Source: a virus (Duplodnaviria; Caudoviricetes). Taken from it: a stretch of 64,000 nt of DNA. The stretch is taken from the IMG/VR virus record IMGVR_UViG_3300020413_000003, positions 60,935 to 124,934 of that record; one strand, given 5' to 3'. Positions 48,035-57,738 of the stretch are shown piece after piece. The number at the start of each line of letters is the position of its first letter. The stretch's first letter is position 1. The position numbers and the translations under genes are program-made. The notes below the pieces were generated by a model. The model was given only the letters and a program-made list of their open reading frames with translations, had not been told where the DNA came from and searched no databases.

Positions 48035-50287
48035 ATGGCAGCGAATCAGTCATCGCCAGGTGTAGTAGTACAAGAGAGAGATCTGACAACAGTCTCAACT
48101 GTATCGACTGCTAATATTGGTGTAATTGCAGCCCCCTTTGAGTTGGGACCTGTAGAAGAAATCATCGAGGTCTCAAGTGAGAGACAACTTGCAGAAGTGT
48201 TTGGTGAACCAAATGATAACAACTATGAGTATTGGTTTACTGCAGCACAGTATCTTGCATATGGTGGAACATTAAAAACAATCCGCGTATCCTCTTCATC
48301 ATTGAAAAATGCTGTTGATACAGGAACTGCTCCATTAATTAAGAATTTACAATCTTACGAAACAACTTACGAAGAAGCAAATAACAACTGGACATGGGCT
48401 GCTAGAACTGCAGGTTCTAAAGGTAACTCAGTTGGTGTATTTGTAACTGACGCAGGTGCTGATCAAATTGCTGTTATCCCTGCTCCTGGTTCTGGTAACG
48501 ATCCTGAGTTCGTTGCAGACGCTGCTGTATCTGCTGCATCTGGTGCTGCAGGTAAAGTATTCAAATACTCTATTGTCTTAACAGTCACAAACGTTGTCGG
48601 AGATTTTACACCTGGTACAACAACTACTATTAGTATTTCTGGTTCTAACGAAACAGTTAATGTATTAGCATGGGATCCAACAAATCTTAAATTAGAGATT
48701 GGATTACCTGGTGGTGGAGTTACTGGTATCATTGCTGATGCTCAAACAATAACTCAAGGATCAAATACTTGCGATATCGCTACAGGTGGTATTGAAAGAA
48801 AATTATATATCGCATCTAACAAAGGCACTGTTGCTTTTGCTGCTGCTGATAGTATCCAAGATACAAACTCTACAGCATTCGCTATTACTTCTGTAAGAAA
48901 TGAGTATGCAGAGCGTGAGTATCTACCTGGCGTAAAGTGGATTAACGTGGCTCCACGTCCTGAGACTTCACAGTTTGCAAGTTCAAACGGTGGATTTAGA
49001 GATGAACTACACGTTCTTGTTATTGATATAGACGGTAAAATCACAGGTACTGTTGGTGCATTACTTGAAAGATTTGTCGGTTTATCAAAAGCAGTTGACG
49101 CTAAAACTTCTGTAGGAGAAACTAACTACTATCCAGAAGTTCTTAAGCAAAAATCACAATATGTTTATTGGGGTGAGCACGAAGATACAACATTCGCTGC
49201 TACTGGAACACCTTCTGATGGTGTATTTGGTGGAAGTGCTCAGAACAAGCAGTATAACTTACTACGTTCTGCAGCAGGTTCAACAGATTATCCTGCAGGA
49301 AGAACAACTATAGGTTCTAAAAATAACTCAACATATTACTACAGACTTTCCAGTGGTGCAGACTATGCAGCATCTGGTGGTAACTATACAGTTTCAAATA
49401 CTGATGTCGCTACTGCATATCAATTAGTAGAAGATCCTGAGTCACAGACAATCGACTTTATTCTCGCTGGTCCTTCTGGTGCTGATGATTCAAGTGCAAT
49501 CGCTAAGATTACTTCGCTAACAAATATCATAGAAGAGCGTAGAGACTGTATGTTATTCGTATCACCTAGACGTGCAAACGTTGTTGGTGTAAGTAGTGGA
49601 ACAACCGTTACTTCAAATATAATTGACTTCTTCAAGCAATTACCAAGTTCATCATACATGGTATTTGATTCTGGATACAAATATATCTACGATAAGTATA
49701 ATGATGTTTATAGATACGTTCCTTGTAATGGTGACGTAGCAGGTCTATGTTTACAAGCAACAGAAACTGCTGAGGCATGGTTCTCACCTGCAGGTTTCCA
49801 ACGTGGTGTTCTAAGAAATGCTATTAAACTAGCATATACACCAACTAAGTCACAACGTGATAACTTATACGCTAACAGGGTTAACCCAATCGTATCCTTC
49901 CCTGGTCAGGGTGTGGTACTATTCGGTGATAAAACTGCTCTTGGATTTGCAAGTGCATTTGACAGAATTAACATTCGTCGTTTGTTCTTGGTTGTTGAGA
50001 GAGTTATCTCTGGTGCTGCTAAAGCACAACTATTTGAACAGAACGATGAGTCACAAAGATCACTCTTTGTTAATATCGTTGAACCTTATCTAAGGGATGT
50101 TCAAGGACGTAGAGGTGTTACAGACTTTATTGTTAAGTGTGATTCTTCTAACAATACTCCAGAGGCAGTTGACCGTGGAGAATTCTATGCGGAAGTATAC
50201 TTGAAGCCAACACGCACAATTAACTACATTACACTAACATTCGTTGCAACACGGACAGGTGTAAGTTTCGGTGAAGTAGCAAGCTAG
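48035..50287 (+). CDS. gp18: Tail sheath protein gp18
   Basis: SPGVVVQERD, WFSPAGFQRG, FDRINIRRLF, KPTRTINYITLTFVATRTG. Confidence 0.97.
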   Translation: MAANQSSPGVVVQERDLTTVSTVSTANIGVIAAPFELGPVEEIIEVSSERQLAEVFGEPNDNNYEYWFTAAQYLAYGGTLKTIRVSSSSLKNAVDTGTAPLIKNLQSYETTYEEANNNWTWAARTAGSKGNSVGVFVTDAGADQIAVIPAPGSGNDPEFVADAAVSAASGAAGKVFKYSIVLTVTNVVGDFTPGTTTTISISGSNETVNVLAWDPTNLKLEIGLPGGGVTGIIADAQTITQGSNTCDIATGGIERKLYIASNKGTVAFAAADSIQDTNSTAFAITSVRNEYAEREYLPGVKWINVAPRPETSQFASSNGGFRDELHVLVIDIDGKITGTVGALLERFVGLSKAVDAKTSVGETNYYPEVLKQKSQYVYWGEHEDTTFAATGTPSDGVFGGSAQNKQYNLLRSAAGSTDYPAGRTTIGSKNNSTYYYRLSSGADYAASGGNYTVSNTDVATAYQLVEDPESQTIDFILAGPSGADDSSAIAKITSLTNIIEERRDCMLFVSPRRANVVGVSSGTTVTSNIIDFFKQLPSSSYMVFDSGYKYIYDKYNDVYRYVPCNGDVAGLCLQATETAEAWFSPAGFQRGVLRNAIKLAYTPTKSQRDNLYANRVNPIVSFPGQGVVLFGDKTALGFASAFDRINIRRLFLVVERVISGAAKAQLFEQNDESQRSLFVNIVEPYLRDVQGRRGVTDFIVKCDSSNNTPEAVDRGEFYAEVYLKPTRTINYITLTFVATRTGVSFGEVAS

Positions 50288-50303
50288 CACTGAAATATTA
50301 AAG

Positions 50304-50329
50304 AAAGACTCCTTCGGGAGTCTTTTTTT
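50304..50329 (+). terminator. Rho-independent terminator with cUUCGg loop
   Basis: AAAGACTCC-TTCG-GGAGTCTTT plus T tract. Confidence 0.92.
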
Positions 50330-50351
50330 ATGCTTAAAAATTTTATTTTGT

Positions 50352-50358
50352 CTAAATA
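50352..50358 (+). promoter_or_regulatory. Late promoter variant (CTAAATA) for gp19
   Basis: Between the terminator and gp19; the same variant precedes gp20 and the ORF at 52659. Confidence 0.65.
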
Positions 50359-50392
50359 CTACTGACGGAAATTTTTTTATATAAAGGAACCA

Positions 50393-50974
50393 ATGGCAGA
50401 AAGAGGAACTATTGATGATTTTAAAGCGAAGGTGACCTCAGACTTCGCACGTCCTAATCTATTCCAAGTTGATCTTGCTTTCCCTACTGATATACTTCAA
50501 GGAGCAGACCTTATTGATTTAGGGAAGTTTACTGTGAGAGCAGCAAATCTACCTTCATCTCAGGTTGGTGTTATAGAAGTTCCTTTCAGAGGAAGAGTAT
50601 TAAAGATTGCAGGAGACAGGACATTTGAACCTTGGACAATTACTGTTATGAATGACAGTGGATTCAAAGTCAGAACCGCATTTGAATTGTGGGCAAGTAG
50701 CATTCAAGCATATAATGAGAACTTTACATCAGCTGCAGGTCTTGGTGACAAGTCTGATAGTACTGGTTACTTCGCTGATATGAAAGTTCATCAGTTGGCA
50801 AGAGATCTTAAGGCAGGTGAGCAACCTAAGATTCTTAAATCTTATAAGTTCTACAACGTATTCCCAAGTAATATCGCTGCAATCGATCTTGACTTCGGTA
50901 ATAACGACGCAGTTGAAGAGTTCACAGTGGAGTTACAAGTACAATACTGGATGCCAGAATTGACTTCTCAGTAA
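50393..50974 (+). CDS. gp19: Tail tube protein gp19
   Basis: ARPNLFQV, VPFRGRVLKIAGDRTFEPWTITVMND, VEEFTVELQVQYW. Confidence 0.97.
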   Translation: MAERGTIDDFKAKVTSDFARPNLFQVDLAFPTDILQGADLIDLGKFTVRAANLPSSQVGVIEVPFRGRVLKIAGDRTFEPWTITVMNDSGFKVRTAFELWASSIQAYNENFTSAAGLGDKSDSTGYFADMKVHQLARDLKAGEQPKILKSYKFYNVFPSNIAAIDLDFGNNDAVEEFTVELQVQYWMPELTSQ

Positions 50975-50978
50975 CCCC

Positions 50979-50985
50979 CTAAATA
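50979..50985 (+). promoter_or_regulatory. Late promoter variant (CTAAATA) for gp20
   Basis: Intergenic, AGGA RBS downstream. Confidence 0.6.
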
Positions 50986-51010
50986 TAGTAGGAACAAATC
51001 TTAAAATATA

Positions 51011-52627
51011 ATGGCACAACAGCTCTTCGGTTTTTCACTGCAGAGAGCAAAGAAGGTTCCCAAGGGACCTTCTTTTGTTCAAAAGGATAGCTTAGACGGG
51101 TCACAACCCGTAGTTGGTGGTGGGTACTATGGTTACTCAATCGATATGGATGGGACTGTTCGTAATGAACATGAACTCATCACTCGTTACAGGGAGATGG
51201 TTCTCCAACCAGAATGTGATAGTGCAGTTGACGATGTAGTTAACGAAACTATATGTGGTAACTTTGACGATGTACCTGTAGAGTTAGAACTATCTAACCT
51301 CAAGGTATCTGAAAAAATTAAGAAATTAATGAGGGAAGAATTCCAAGAGATTCTTCGCTTATTAGATTTTGATAATAGATCTTATGAGATCTTCCGTAGA
51401 TGGTATGTTGACGGTAGATTATATTATCATAAAGTTATAGACCCAAATAAACCACGCAACGGTTTAATAGAATTACGCTATATTGATCCTCGTAAGATCC
51501 GCAAGGTTACCGAGTATGATCAAAAGAAACCTGGTGAATTAAGAGCTCAAGATCTGAATAGTCAATTAACTCAGAAGAGTGCTGATTATTTCTTATACAA
51601 TCCTAAAGGTCTTAGAAATTCTACCAATCAAGGATTAAAAATTGCACCAGATTCAATTACATATTGTCACTCTGGTATACAGGATCTTAATAAGAATATG
51701 GTCTTGTCGCATTTACACAAAGCAATTAAGGCAGTCAATCAGTTAAGAATGATTGAAGATAGTTTAGTTATATACAGACTATCAAGAGCACCAGAAAGAA
51801 GAATATTTTACATTGATGTTGGTAACTTACCTAAGAACAAAGCGGAGCAATACCTTCGTGAAGTTATGGGTCGTTATAGAAACAAACTTGTTTATGATGC
51901 AAATACAGGAGAAATTAAAGATGACAAGAAGTTCATGTCAATGCTCGAAGACTTCTGGTTACCCAGACGAGAAGGGGGACGAGGCACTGAGATCACTACG
52001 TTACCAGGTGGACAAAATCTTGGAGAACTTGAGGATGTCAAGTACTTCCAGAAAAAATTATACAAATCACTAAACGTTCCGAACTCAAGGTTAGAAACAG
52101 AAACTACATTTAACATAGGACGTGCTGCTGAAATCACACGTGATGAAGTTAAATTCCAAAAGTTTGTTGCACGTTTACGCAAACGTTTCGGAGAGTTGTT
52201 TACAGATCTCCTCAAGACTCAATTAATTCTAAAAGGAATTATATCTATTGAAGATTGGGAAGAGTATAAAGAGCATATTCAGTTTGATTATATCGCTGAT
52301 AACTACTTTACTGAACTCAAAGAGATTGAAATCCGTAACGAAAGGATGAATGAAGTTAATCAGATGGATCCTTATGTCGGTAAATACTTCTCTATCGAAC
52401 ACATACGTCGTCAAATCCTTAAACAGACTGACGTTGAAATGCAAGAGATCGATAAACAGATAGAGGCAGAAACAGAGGCAGGATTAATTATGTCTCCAGA
52501 AGATCAAATGGCAGCAGAAATGGGAATGATGCCAGGTGAAGAGGGTGGAGTTCCACCCGATAATGGAGTACCCCAAGACCCAAAGTCCGCGATTGACCCT
52601 GCCGACCAGAAACGAGGGGAGTTCTAA
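51011..52627 (+). CDS. gp20: Portal vertex protein gp20
   Basis: IYRLSRAPERRIFYIDVGNLP, EDFWLPRREGGRGTEITTLPGG. Confidence 0.98.
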   Translation: MAQQLFGFSLQRAKKVPKGPSFVQKDSLDGSQPVVGGGYYGYSIDMDGTVRNEHELITRYREMVLQPECDSAVDDVVNETICGNFDDVPVELELSNLKVSEKIKKLMREEFQEILRLLDFDNRSYEIFRRWYVDGRLYYHKVIDPNKPRNGLIELRYIDPRKIRKVTEYDQKKPGELRAQDLNSQLTQKSADYFLYNPKGLRNSTNQGLKIAPDSITYCHSGIQDLNKNMVLSHLHKAIKAVNQLRMIEDSLVIYRLSRAPERRIFYIDVGNLPKNKAEQYLREVMGRYRNKLVYDANTGEIKDDKKFMSMLEDFWLPRREGGRGTEITTLPGGQNLGELEDVKYFQKKLYKSLNVPNSRLETETTFNIGRAAEITRDEVKFQKFVARLRKRFGELFTDLLKTQLILKGIISIEDWEEYKEHIQFDYIADNYFTELKEIEIRNERMNEVNQMDPYVGKYFSIEHIRRQILKQTDVEMQEIDKQIEAETEAGLIMSPEDQMAAEMGMMPGEEGGVPPDNGVPQDPKSAIDPADQKRGEF

Positions 52628-52630
52628 TTA

Positions 52631-52637
52631 CTAAATA
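52631..52637 (+). promoter_or_regulatory. Late promoter variant (CTAAATA)
   Basis: Immediately after the gp20 stop, upstream of AAGG and the ATG at 52659. Confidence 0.6.
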
Positions 52638-52658
52638 GATAATGAAGGTAACTAATTT

Positions 52659-52997
52659 ATGGCAAGCGAAATAGCAAATACAATCATCGACCATATATTT
52701 GGAGATGAAAAAGCAAAAGCAGTTGATGCAATGAATGATGCATTGAGTGCTACAGCTTATGATGCAATACAAGCTCAGAAGGCTGAGTTTGCAAAATCAA
52801 TGGGTTTTGATATGGATCAAACTGCACAAGCTGTTGCGGATGATCTAGAAGATAAACTTGTTGATGATGGATCTGGTGAAACAAAGGTAGAACCTGTAGT
52901 AGGTAGAATGCCTCATGAAGCACCAGAAGGTGAGGTTCAAACAGAACCACCTGCCGAAGAACCCGTAGAGGAACCCAACAATGAGACTAATAGCTGA
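52659..52997 (+). CDS. Acidic protein at the gp67/gp68 prohead-core position
   Basis: Between gp20 and gp21; helical N-terminus, acidic tail. Confidence 0.7.
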   Translation: MASEIANTIIDHIFGDEKAKAVDAMNDALSATAYDAIQAQKAEFAKSMGFDMDQTAQAVADDLEDKLVDDGSGETKVEPVVGRMPHEAPEGEVQTEPPAEEPVEEPNNETNS

Positions 52998-53625
52998 AGA
53001 AATCGAAGCAGTAGAATTTATTACTGAAGAAAAGGGTGGTAAAAAATCACACTTTATCGAAGGTATATTTTTACAATCTGAGATAACAAACAAGAATGGA
53101 AGGATGTATCCTTTCAAGACACTTCAGAGAGAAGTTGCTAAGTACGATGAGGCACAGATCCAAAAAGGTCGTGCACTTGGAGAACTTGGACATCCTGATG
53201 GTCCTTCAATCAACCTAGATAGAGTATCACATAAGATCGAATCTTTGAGAGAAGACGGAAACAATTTCGTTGGAAGAGCAAAGATACTTGATACACCTAT
53301 GGGTAACATAGCGTCCTCACTACTAGGTGAAGGTGTAAGACTAGGTGTTTCTTCAAGAGGAATGGGTTCTCTGAAGAAAGAAAACAATAGCAGCATAGTC
53401 CAAGATGACTTTATGCTTGCTACTGCTGCTGATATAGTAGCAGACCCTTCTGCTCCAGACGCTTTTGTGGATGGAATCATGGAAGGAAAGGAGTGGGTTT
53501 GGGATAATGGCATCTTAAAAGAAGCAGCAATTGCGGAAATTAAGAAAGAAATTGACCATGCAACTCTTATAAACATACAGGAAAAGAAGCTTTCCGCATT
53601 TGAAAAGTTTCTTAAGAGTCTGTAG
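52981..53625 (+). CDS. gp21: Prohead protease gp21
   Basis: NKNGRMYP, ALGELGHP, GVSSRGMGSL, DIVADPSAPDAFV. Confidence 0.96.
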   Translation: MRLIAEEIEAVEFITEEKGGKKSHFIEGIFLQSEITNKNGRMYPFKTLQREVAKYDEAQIQKGRALGELGHPDGPSINLDRVSHKIESLREDGNNFVGRAKILDTPMGNIASSLLGEGVRLGVSSRGMGSLKKENNSSIVQDDFMLATAADIVADPSAPDAFVDGIMEGKEWVWDNGILKEAAIAEIKKEIDHATLINIQEKKLSAFEKFLKSL

Positions 53626-53627
53626 TT

Positions 53628-53635
53628 TATAAATA
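53628..53635 (+). promoter_or_regulatory. Late promoter (TATAAATA) for gp22-gp23
   Basis: Exact consensus, GGAG RBS downstream. Confidence 0.85.
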
Positions 53636-53671
53636 AAACTGTATATAACGCTAAGAAATCGGAGTTAAACA

Positions 53672-54754
53672 ATGTCTGAGACCTCTACTAAAGAGTTAGA
53701 TAACATGGAACAAGTGAAAGAAGACGCAGCAACTGGAACCGCAGCTATAACAAAAGGTGCAACGTCTGGAGAAAAAATAGATACTTCCCAAGGTAATTAC
53801 ACAGATATCGGTGGATCCGATAGTAAGGGTAAACCAGAAGGAACAGAAAATCTAGGAGCTAAAGCTGCATCACCTGTCGGTGCTACTAAGGATTCCTCAA
53901 TCAAGACGAAACCTAGTGGTGCATCAAGTTCCATGCCTGGTGGACTTTCAAATAAAATCTTCGATGACGTGGAGAAGAAAGATGGCGAAACAATCCAAGA
54001 AGAACCAGAGTCTGAAACCAAGTACGACTTTACTGAGGATGTTAACGCTCTTGTCGCAGGTGAAGAACTCACAGAAGAGTTCAGAGTAAAAGCCGCAACA
54101 ATCTTTGAAGCTGCAGTTACTTCTCGTGTTAACGAGGAATCCAAAGCGTTAACCGAAGCATTTGAATCTACTCTGACTGAAGAAGTCGAGAAGATCAAAA
54201 CAGAATTGGCTGAAAAAGTCGATGACTATCTATCTTATGCTGCTGAACAGTGGATCAAAGAGAATTCACTCGCTGTTGAGCACGGTATAAAGACTGAGAT
54301 GGCAGAGTCATTCTTTAACGGTCTAAAAGGTCTCTTCGTAGAACATAACTTTAATGTTCCCGAAGACAAATATAACCTGCTTGATGGTATGGCAGGGGAA
54401 CTAGATGATATGGAAAAGAAACTCAATGAGCAAATCGACTCTAATGTATCTTTGAACAAGAGGATTGGAGAGTTTGTTAAAATGGAAATCGTGAACGAAT
54501 GTGCTGCAGGTCTCGCAGAGACTCAAAAAGAGAAGCTTGCTTCTTTAGCAGAGGGTGTTGAGTTTGAAAATGAAGAAGACTTTAAATCTAAAGTCGAGAC
54601 AATTAAGGAATCATATTTCACTAGGAAGGCTGAAGTTGCTGCAGAATCTGCAAAAACTGACCCCACCGAAGAAAGTTCAGAACCCTTAGTTGAAAGCACA
54701 GCAAGCGGTACGATGGGTAAATACGTCGATGCAATCGCTCGTTGGTCCAAATAA
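53672..54754 (+). CDS. gp22: Prohead core scaffold gp22
   Basis: KAATIFEAAV, KVDDYLSY...W..EN, KESYF; acidic coiled coil. Confidence 0.93.
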   Translation: MSETSTKELDNMEQVKEDAATGTAAITKGATSGEKIDTSQGNYTDIGGSDSKGKPEGTENLGAKAASPVGATKDSSIKTKPSGASSSMPGGLSNKIFDDVEKKDGETIQEEPESETKYDFTEDVNALVAGEELTEEFRVKAATIFEAAVTSRVNEESKALTEAFESTLTEEVEKIKTELAEKVDDYLSYAAEQWIKENSLAVEHGIKTEMAESFFNGLKGLFVEHNFNVPEDKYNLLDGMAGELDDMEKKLNEQIDSNVSLNKRIGEFVKMEIVNECAAGLAETQKEKLASLAEGVEFENEEDFKSKVETIKESYFTRKAEVAAESAKTDPTEESSEPLVESTASGTMGKYVDAIARWSK

Positions 54755-54783
54755 TTGTATAAAACTACTTACTAGGAGACATA

Positions 54784-56178
54784 ATGTCACTACAATCACT
54801 CCAAGAAAAGTGGGCACCCGTTCTAAACCACGACGCTCTTCCAGAGATCGAGGACACATATAAGAAAGGCGTAGTCGCACAACTTCTTGAGAACCAAGAA
54901 ATAGCATTAAAAGAAGAAGGGAATGCTTTAAACGAAACTCTTCAAACAGTTGGAACAGGTGGATTCGGTGGCGGTTCAACCGCAACAGGTCCAGTCGCAG
55001 GTTTCGACCCAGTTCTAATTTCATTGATCAGAAGATCAATGCCTCAGTTGATCGCTTACGATATCGCAGGTGTTCAACCAATGACAGGTCCTACAGGACT
55101 TATCTTTGCAATGAGAACAGCTTATGGTAGCGAGAGAAGCCCTGCTTCTTCTGACTTCCGTGAGGCAATGTTCAACGAGCCAAACGCAGGTTTCTCTGGT
55201 GGTCCAGGAACAGGTCTTAGTAACTATGATACTAATGCTTCTGACGCTACTAACGATGCACAAGGTGCAAACCCAGGCGTTCTTAATGATTCTTCACCAG
55301 GAACTTACGAGTTAACAGGTGATGCTCAAGGAATGGCAACAACAACTGCTGAAGGACTAGACGATGCTTCTGCATCAACTGCTTTCAGAGAAATGGGTTT
55401 CTCAATCGAGAAGGTCACAGTTACTGCGAAGTCTAGAGCACTAAAGGCAGAGTATTCAATCGAACTCGCACAAGACTTGAAAGCAATTCATGGTCTTGAT
55501 GCCGAGCAAGAATTGTCTAACATTCTTTCAACAGAAATACTTGCTGAAATAAACAGAGAAGTTGTTCGTACTATCTACGTTAACGCAGTAGAAGGTGCAC
55601 AGAATAACGTTGCTGATGCAGGTATCTTTGACCTTGACGTTGACTCAAATGGTAGATGGTCAGTTGAGAAATTCAAAGGACTTCTATTCCAAATAGAAAG
55701 AGATTCAAACGCTATCGGGCAGCAAACTCGTAGAGGGAAGGGCAACATACTAATCTGCTCTGCAGACGTAGCATCTGCTCTTGGAATGGCTGGAGTTCTT
55801 GATTACTCTCCTGCTCTTAATGGTAACAACGCTTTGACTGGTGTAGACGATACATCTTCAACTCTTGTTGGAACATTAAACGGAAGAATCAAGGTTTATG
55901 TTGATCCTTTCTCAGCAAACGTAGCAGACAAGCACTTCTATGTTGCAGGATACAAAGGAACATCTCCTTACGACGCAGGATTATTCTACTGTCCTTACGT
56001 TCCGTTACAGCAAGTTAGAGCAATCAACCCTAACACCTTCCAACCAAAAATTGGTTTCAAGACTCGTTACGGTATGGTTTCTAACCCATTCTCACAGGGA
56101 CTTACACAAGGATCTGGAGCACTTACAGCTAACAGCAATAAGTACTACAGAAGAGTTCAAGTTGCGAACATAATGTAA
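54784..56178 (+). CDS. gp23: Major capsid protein gp23
   Basis: DIAGVQPMTGPTGLIFAMR, AKSRALKAEYSIELAQDLKAIHGLDAE, FQPKIGFKTRYG. Confidence 0.98.
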   Translation: MSLQSLQEKWAPVLNHDALPEIEDTYKKGVVAQLLENQEIALKEEGNALNETLQTVGTGGFGGGSTATGPVAGFDPVLISLIRRSMPQLIAYDIAGVQPMTGPTGLIFAMRTAYGSERSPASSDFREAMFNEPNAGFSGGPGTGLSNYDTNASDATNDAQGANPGVLNDSSPGTYELTGDAQGMATTTAEGLDDASASTAFREMGFSIEKVTVTAKSRALKAEYSIELAQDLKAIHGLDAEQELSNILSTEILAEINREVVRTIYVNAVEGAQNNVADAGIFDLDVDSNGRWSVEKFKGLLFQIERDSNAIGQQTRRGKGNILICSADVASALGMAGVLDYSPALNGNNALTGVDDTSSTLVGTLNGRIKVYVDPFSANVADKHFYVAGYKGTSPYDAGLFYCPYVPLQQVRAINPNTFQPKIGFKTRYGMVSNPFSQGLTQGSGALTANSNKYYRRVQVANIM

Positions 56179-56200
56179 TTCAGATATTACATATCTTACT

Positions 56201-56226
56201 AAGAGACCTTCGGGTCTCTTTTTTTT
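56201..56226 (+). terminator. Rho-independent terminator with cUUCGg loop
   Basis: AAGAGACC-TTCG-GGTCTCTT plus T tract. Confidence 0.93.
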
Positions 56227-56232
56227 ATGTCA

Positions 56233-56240
56233 CATAAATA
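56233..56240 (+). promoter_or_regulatory. Late promoter (CATAAATA) for gp3
   Basis: Directly after the terminator and 14 nt before the ATG. Confidence 0.75.
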
Positions 56241-56254
56241 CTTAAAAAAGTTTA

Positions 56255-56812
56255 ATGGCTAATTGGTATAAAGACCAACTTACAAACAAGAACTTCTTAT
56301 CACCGATAGGATTTGTTTTTCTGATAGAAAAAGCAAGAAAGACTGCTTTTCTATGTCAGAAAGCAACCGTCCCTACAATGGTGTTGGGTGATATTGATAT
56401 ACCTACACGTGGTTTTGCTCCTATTCCCATAGAAGGAAACATGAGATATCAAGATTTAAGTATTGAGTTTATAGTTGATGAAGATTTAAGAAATTATATG
56501 GAACTCCATAACTGGATGAGAGCATTAGGAACACCTCAAGATCAACAAGAAAGAAATGAATGGCACGATCAGTGGAATGAAAAGAGGATGCCGATCTCTA
56601 GAGATACTAGATTTTCAGATGCTACTCTACAGGTACTGAATAATAATAACTTGGCTAACTTTGATATTGTATTTAAAGAATGTTTTCCAGTAGAATTGAG
56701 TGCTCTACCATTCGATGTCACATCTGGTGACAATAACTACCTAACTGCTTCAGCTACTTTTCGATATATACTATATGAAATAAGAAACGTCAACTCTACT
56801 ATCAAACGTTAA
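56255..56812 (+). CDS. gp3: Tail tube terminator/completion protein gp3
   Basis: NKNFLSPIGF, FIVDEDLRNYMELHNW, SDATL, FPVELS. Confidence 0.9.
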   Translation: MANWYKDQLTNKNFLSPIGFVFLIEKARKTAFLCQKATVPTMVLGDIDIPTRGFAPIPIEGNMRYQDLSIEFIVDEDLRNYMELHNWMRALGTPQDQQERNEWHDQWNEKRMPISRDTRFSDATLQVLNNNNLANFDIVFKECFPVELSALPFDVTSGDNNYLTASATFRYILYEIRNVNSTIKR

Positions 56813-57219
56813 TGCCAAAAATAAAGTTTGAGAAGACATTACTGATCGGATCAGGCAAAATTACTTGGTATATGAAAGCAGAAAGGTGGGTAAAAAGGAA
56901 AATTAAGAACCCTTTTACTCAGCATCTTTTATTAGGTATGATCGAATACTTGAAAAAAGAATGGATCCGTGTTAAGATAGGTAATGTCATGTTGAACGTA
57001 GATTCACAATCACAACAACTACTCAAACAGTGGGAAGAAAATGACAGAACCCAACGAAAACAATCAATGGTTAAGCGGGTGGAGACAGGAACTTTTGGAG
57101 AACCCGACTGGTCTATCGAAATTTCAAATCCAATTGTTGAAAGAAGGACCCAAGGGTCTGAGTCAAGCTTGGATACTGGGAGCGATGCACTCGGAGTGGA
57201 AGAAGAGCAAAGGGATTAA
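56812..57219 (+). CDS. Hypothetical protein
   Basis: TAATG coupling to gp3; 135 aa. Confidence 0.65.
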   Translation: MPKIKFEKTLLIGSGKITWYMKAERWVKRKIKNPFTQHLLLGMIEYLKKEWIRVKIGNVMLNVDSQSQQLLKQWEENDRTQRKQSMVKRVETGTFGEPDWSIEISNPIVERRTQGSESSLDTGSDALGVEEEQRD

Positions 57220-57304
57220 GGAAGACCATCCATCTGAAAACAAAGGACAATTACAATCTTCATTGAAAGATTTCCTAAGACAAGAAAAAGACATGGGTAT
57301 TTAA
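57041..57304 (+). CDS. Hypothetical protein overlapping the previous ORF
   Basis: 87 aa, ends 2 nt before uvsY; GPKGLSQAWILGAM motif. Confidence 0.7.
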   Translation: MTEPNENNQWLSGWRQELLENPTGLSKFQIQLLKEGPKGLSQAWILGAMHSEWKKSKGIKEDHPSENKGQLQSSLKDFLRQEKDMGI

Positions 57305-57306
57305 TT

Positions 57307-57735
57307 ATGAATTTGGAAGCATTACAGGATCAGTGGAGAACTGACTCTGTTATTGATCCTGATAAGTATGGTGAGGAGTCTACAAGAATTCCTCAACTTC
57401 ACTTAAGGTACATGGAAATATATAACACCTATGCTTTGATGAAGAAAGAAAGAAATTCTGAATATAGAAAACTTGTAAGACAAAAATGGATATACTATAA
57501 GGGTAAAGCAACTGCTGCAGTATATAAAGAACTGCCATTTGATTTTAAATTAACAACTAAAGAAGAAATTAATATGTTCATCGAGTCTGATGATGACATA
57601 CAAAAACTTCAATTAAAGATCGACTATATAGATCAAGTCCTCTTCTTTTTAGATGGAGTCTTGAAGCAAATTGGAAGTAGAAACTTTCAAATCAAAAATG
57701 CTATCGAGTGGGAGAGGTTTCAAAGTGGTATGTAA
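57307..57735 (+). CDS. uvsY: Recombination mediator UvsY
   Basis: IPQLHLRY, WIYYKGKA, RNFQIKNAIEWERFQSG; upstream of uvsW. Confidence 0.9.
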   Translation: MNLEALQDQWRTDSVIDPDKYGEESTRIPQLHLRYMEIYNTYALMKKERNSEYRKLVRQKWIYYKGKATAAVYKELPFDFKLTTKEEINMFIESDDDIQKLQLKIDYIDQVLFFLDGVLKQIGSRNFQIKNAIEWERFQSGM

Positions 57736-57738
57736 TTC

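Noticed and set aside
52543-52558. Hairpin GGGTGG-AGTT-CCACCC near the g20 3' end (a similar CGGGG...CCCCG lies at 18960-18982)
   Set aside because: No U tract and short stems inside coding sequence; not callable as terminators.
46326-56178. Introns, inteins or homing endonucleases in gp17, gp20, gp23
   Set aside because: The ORFs are continuous and of normal length, with no splicing motifs.
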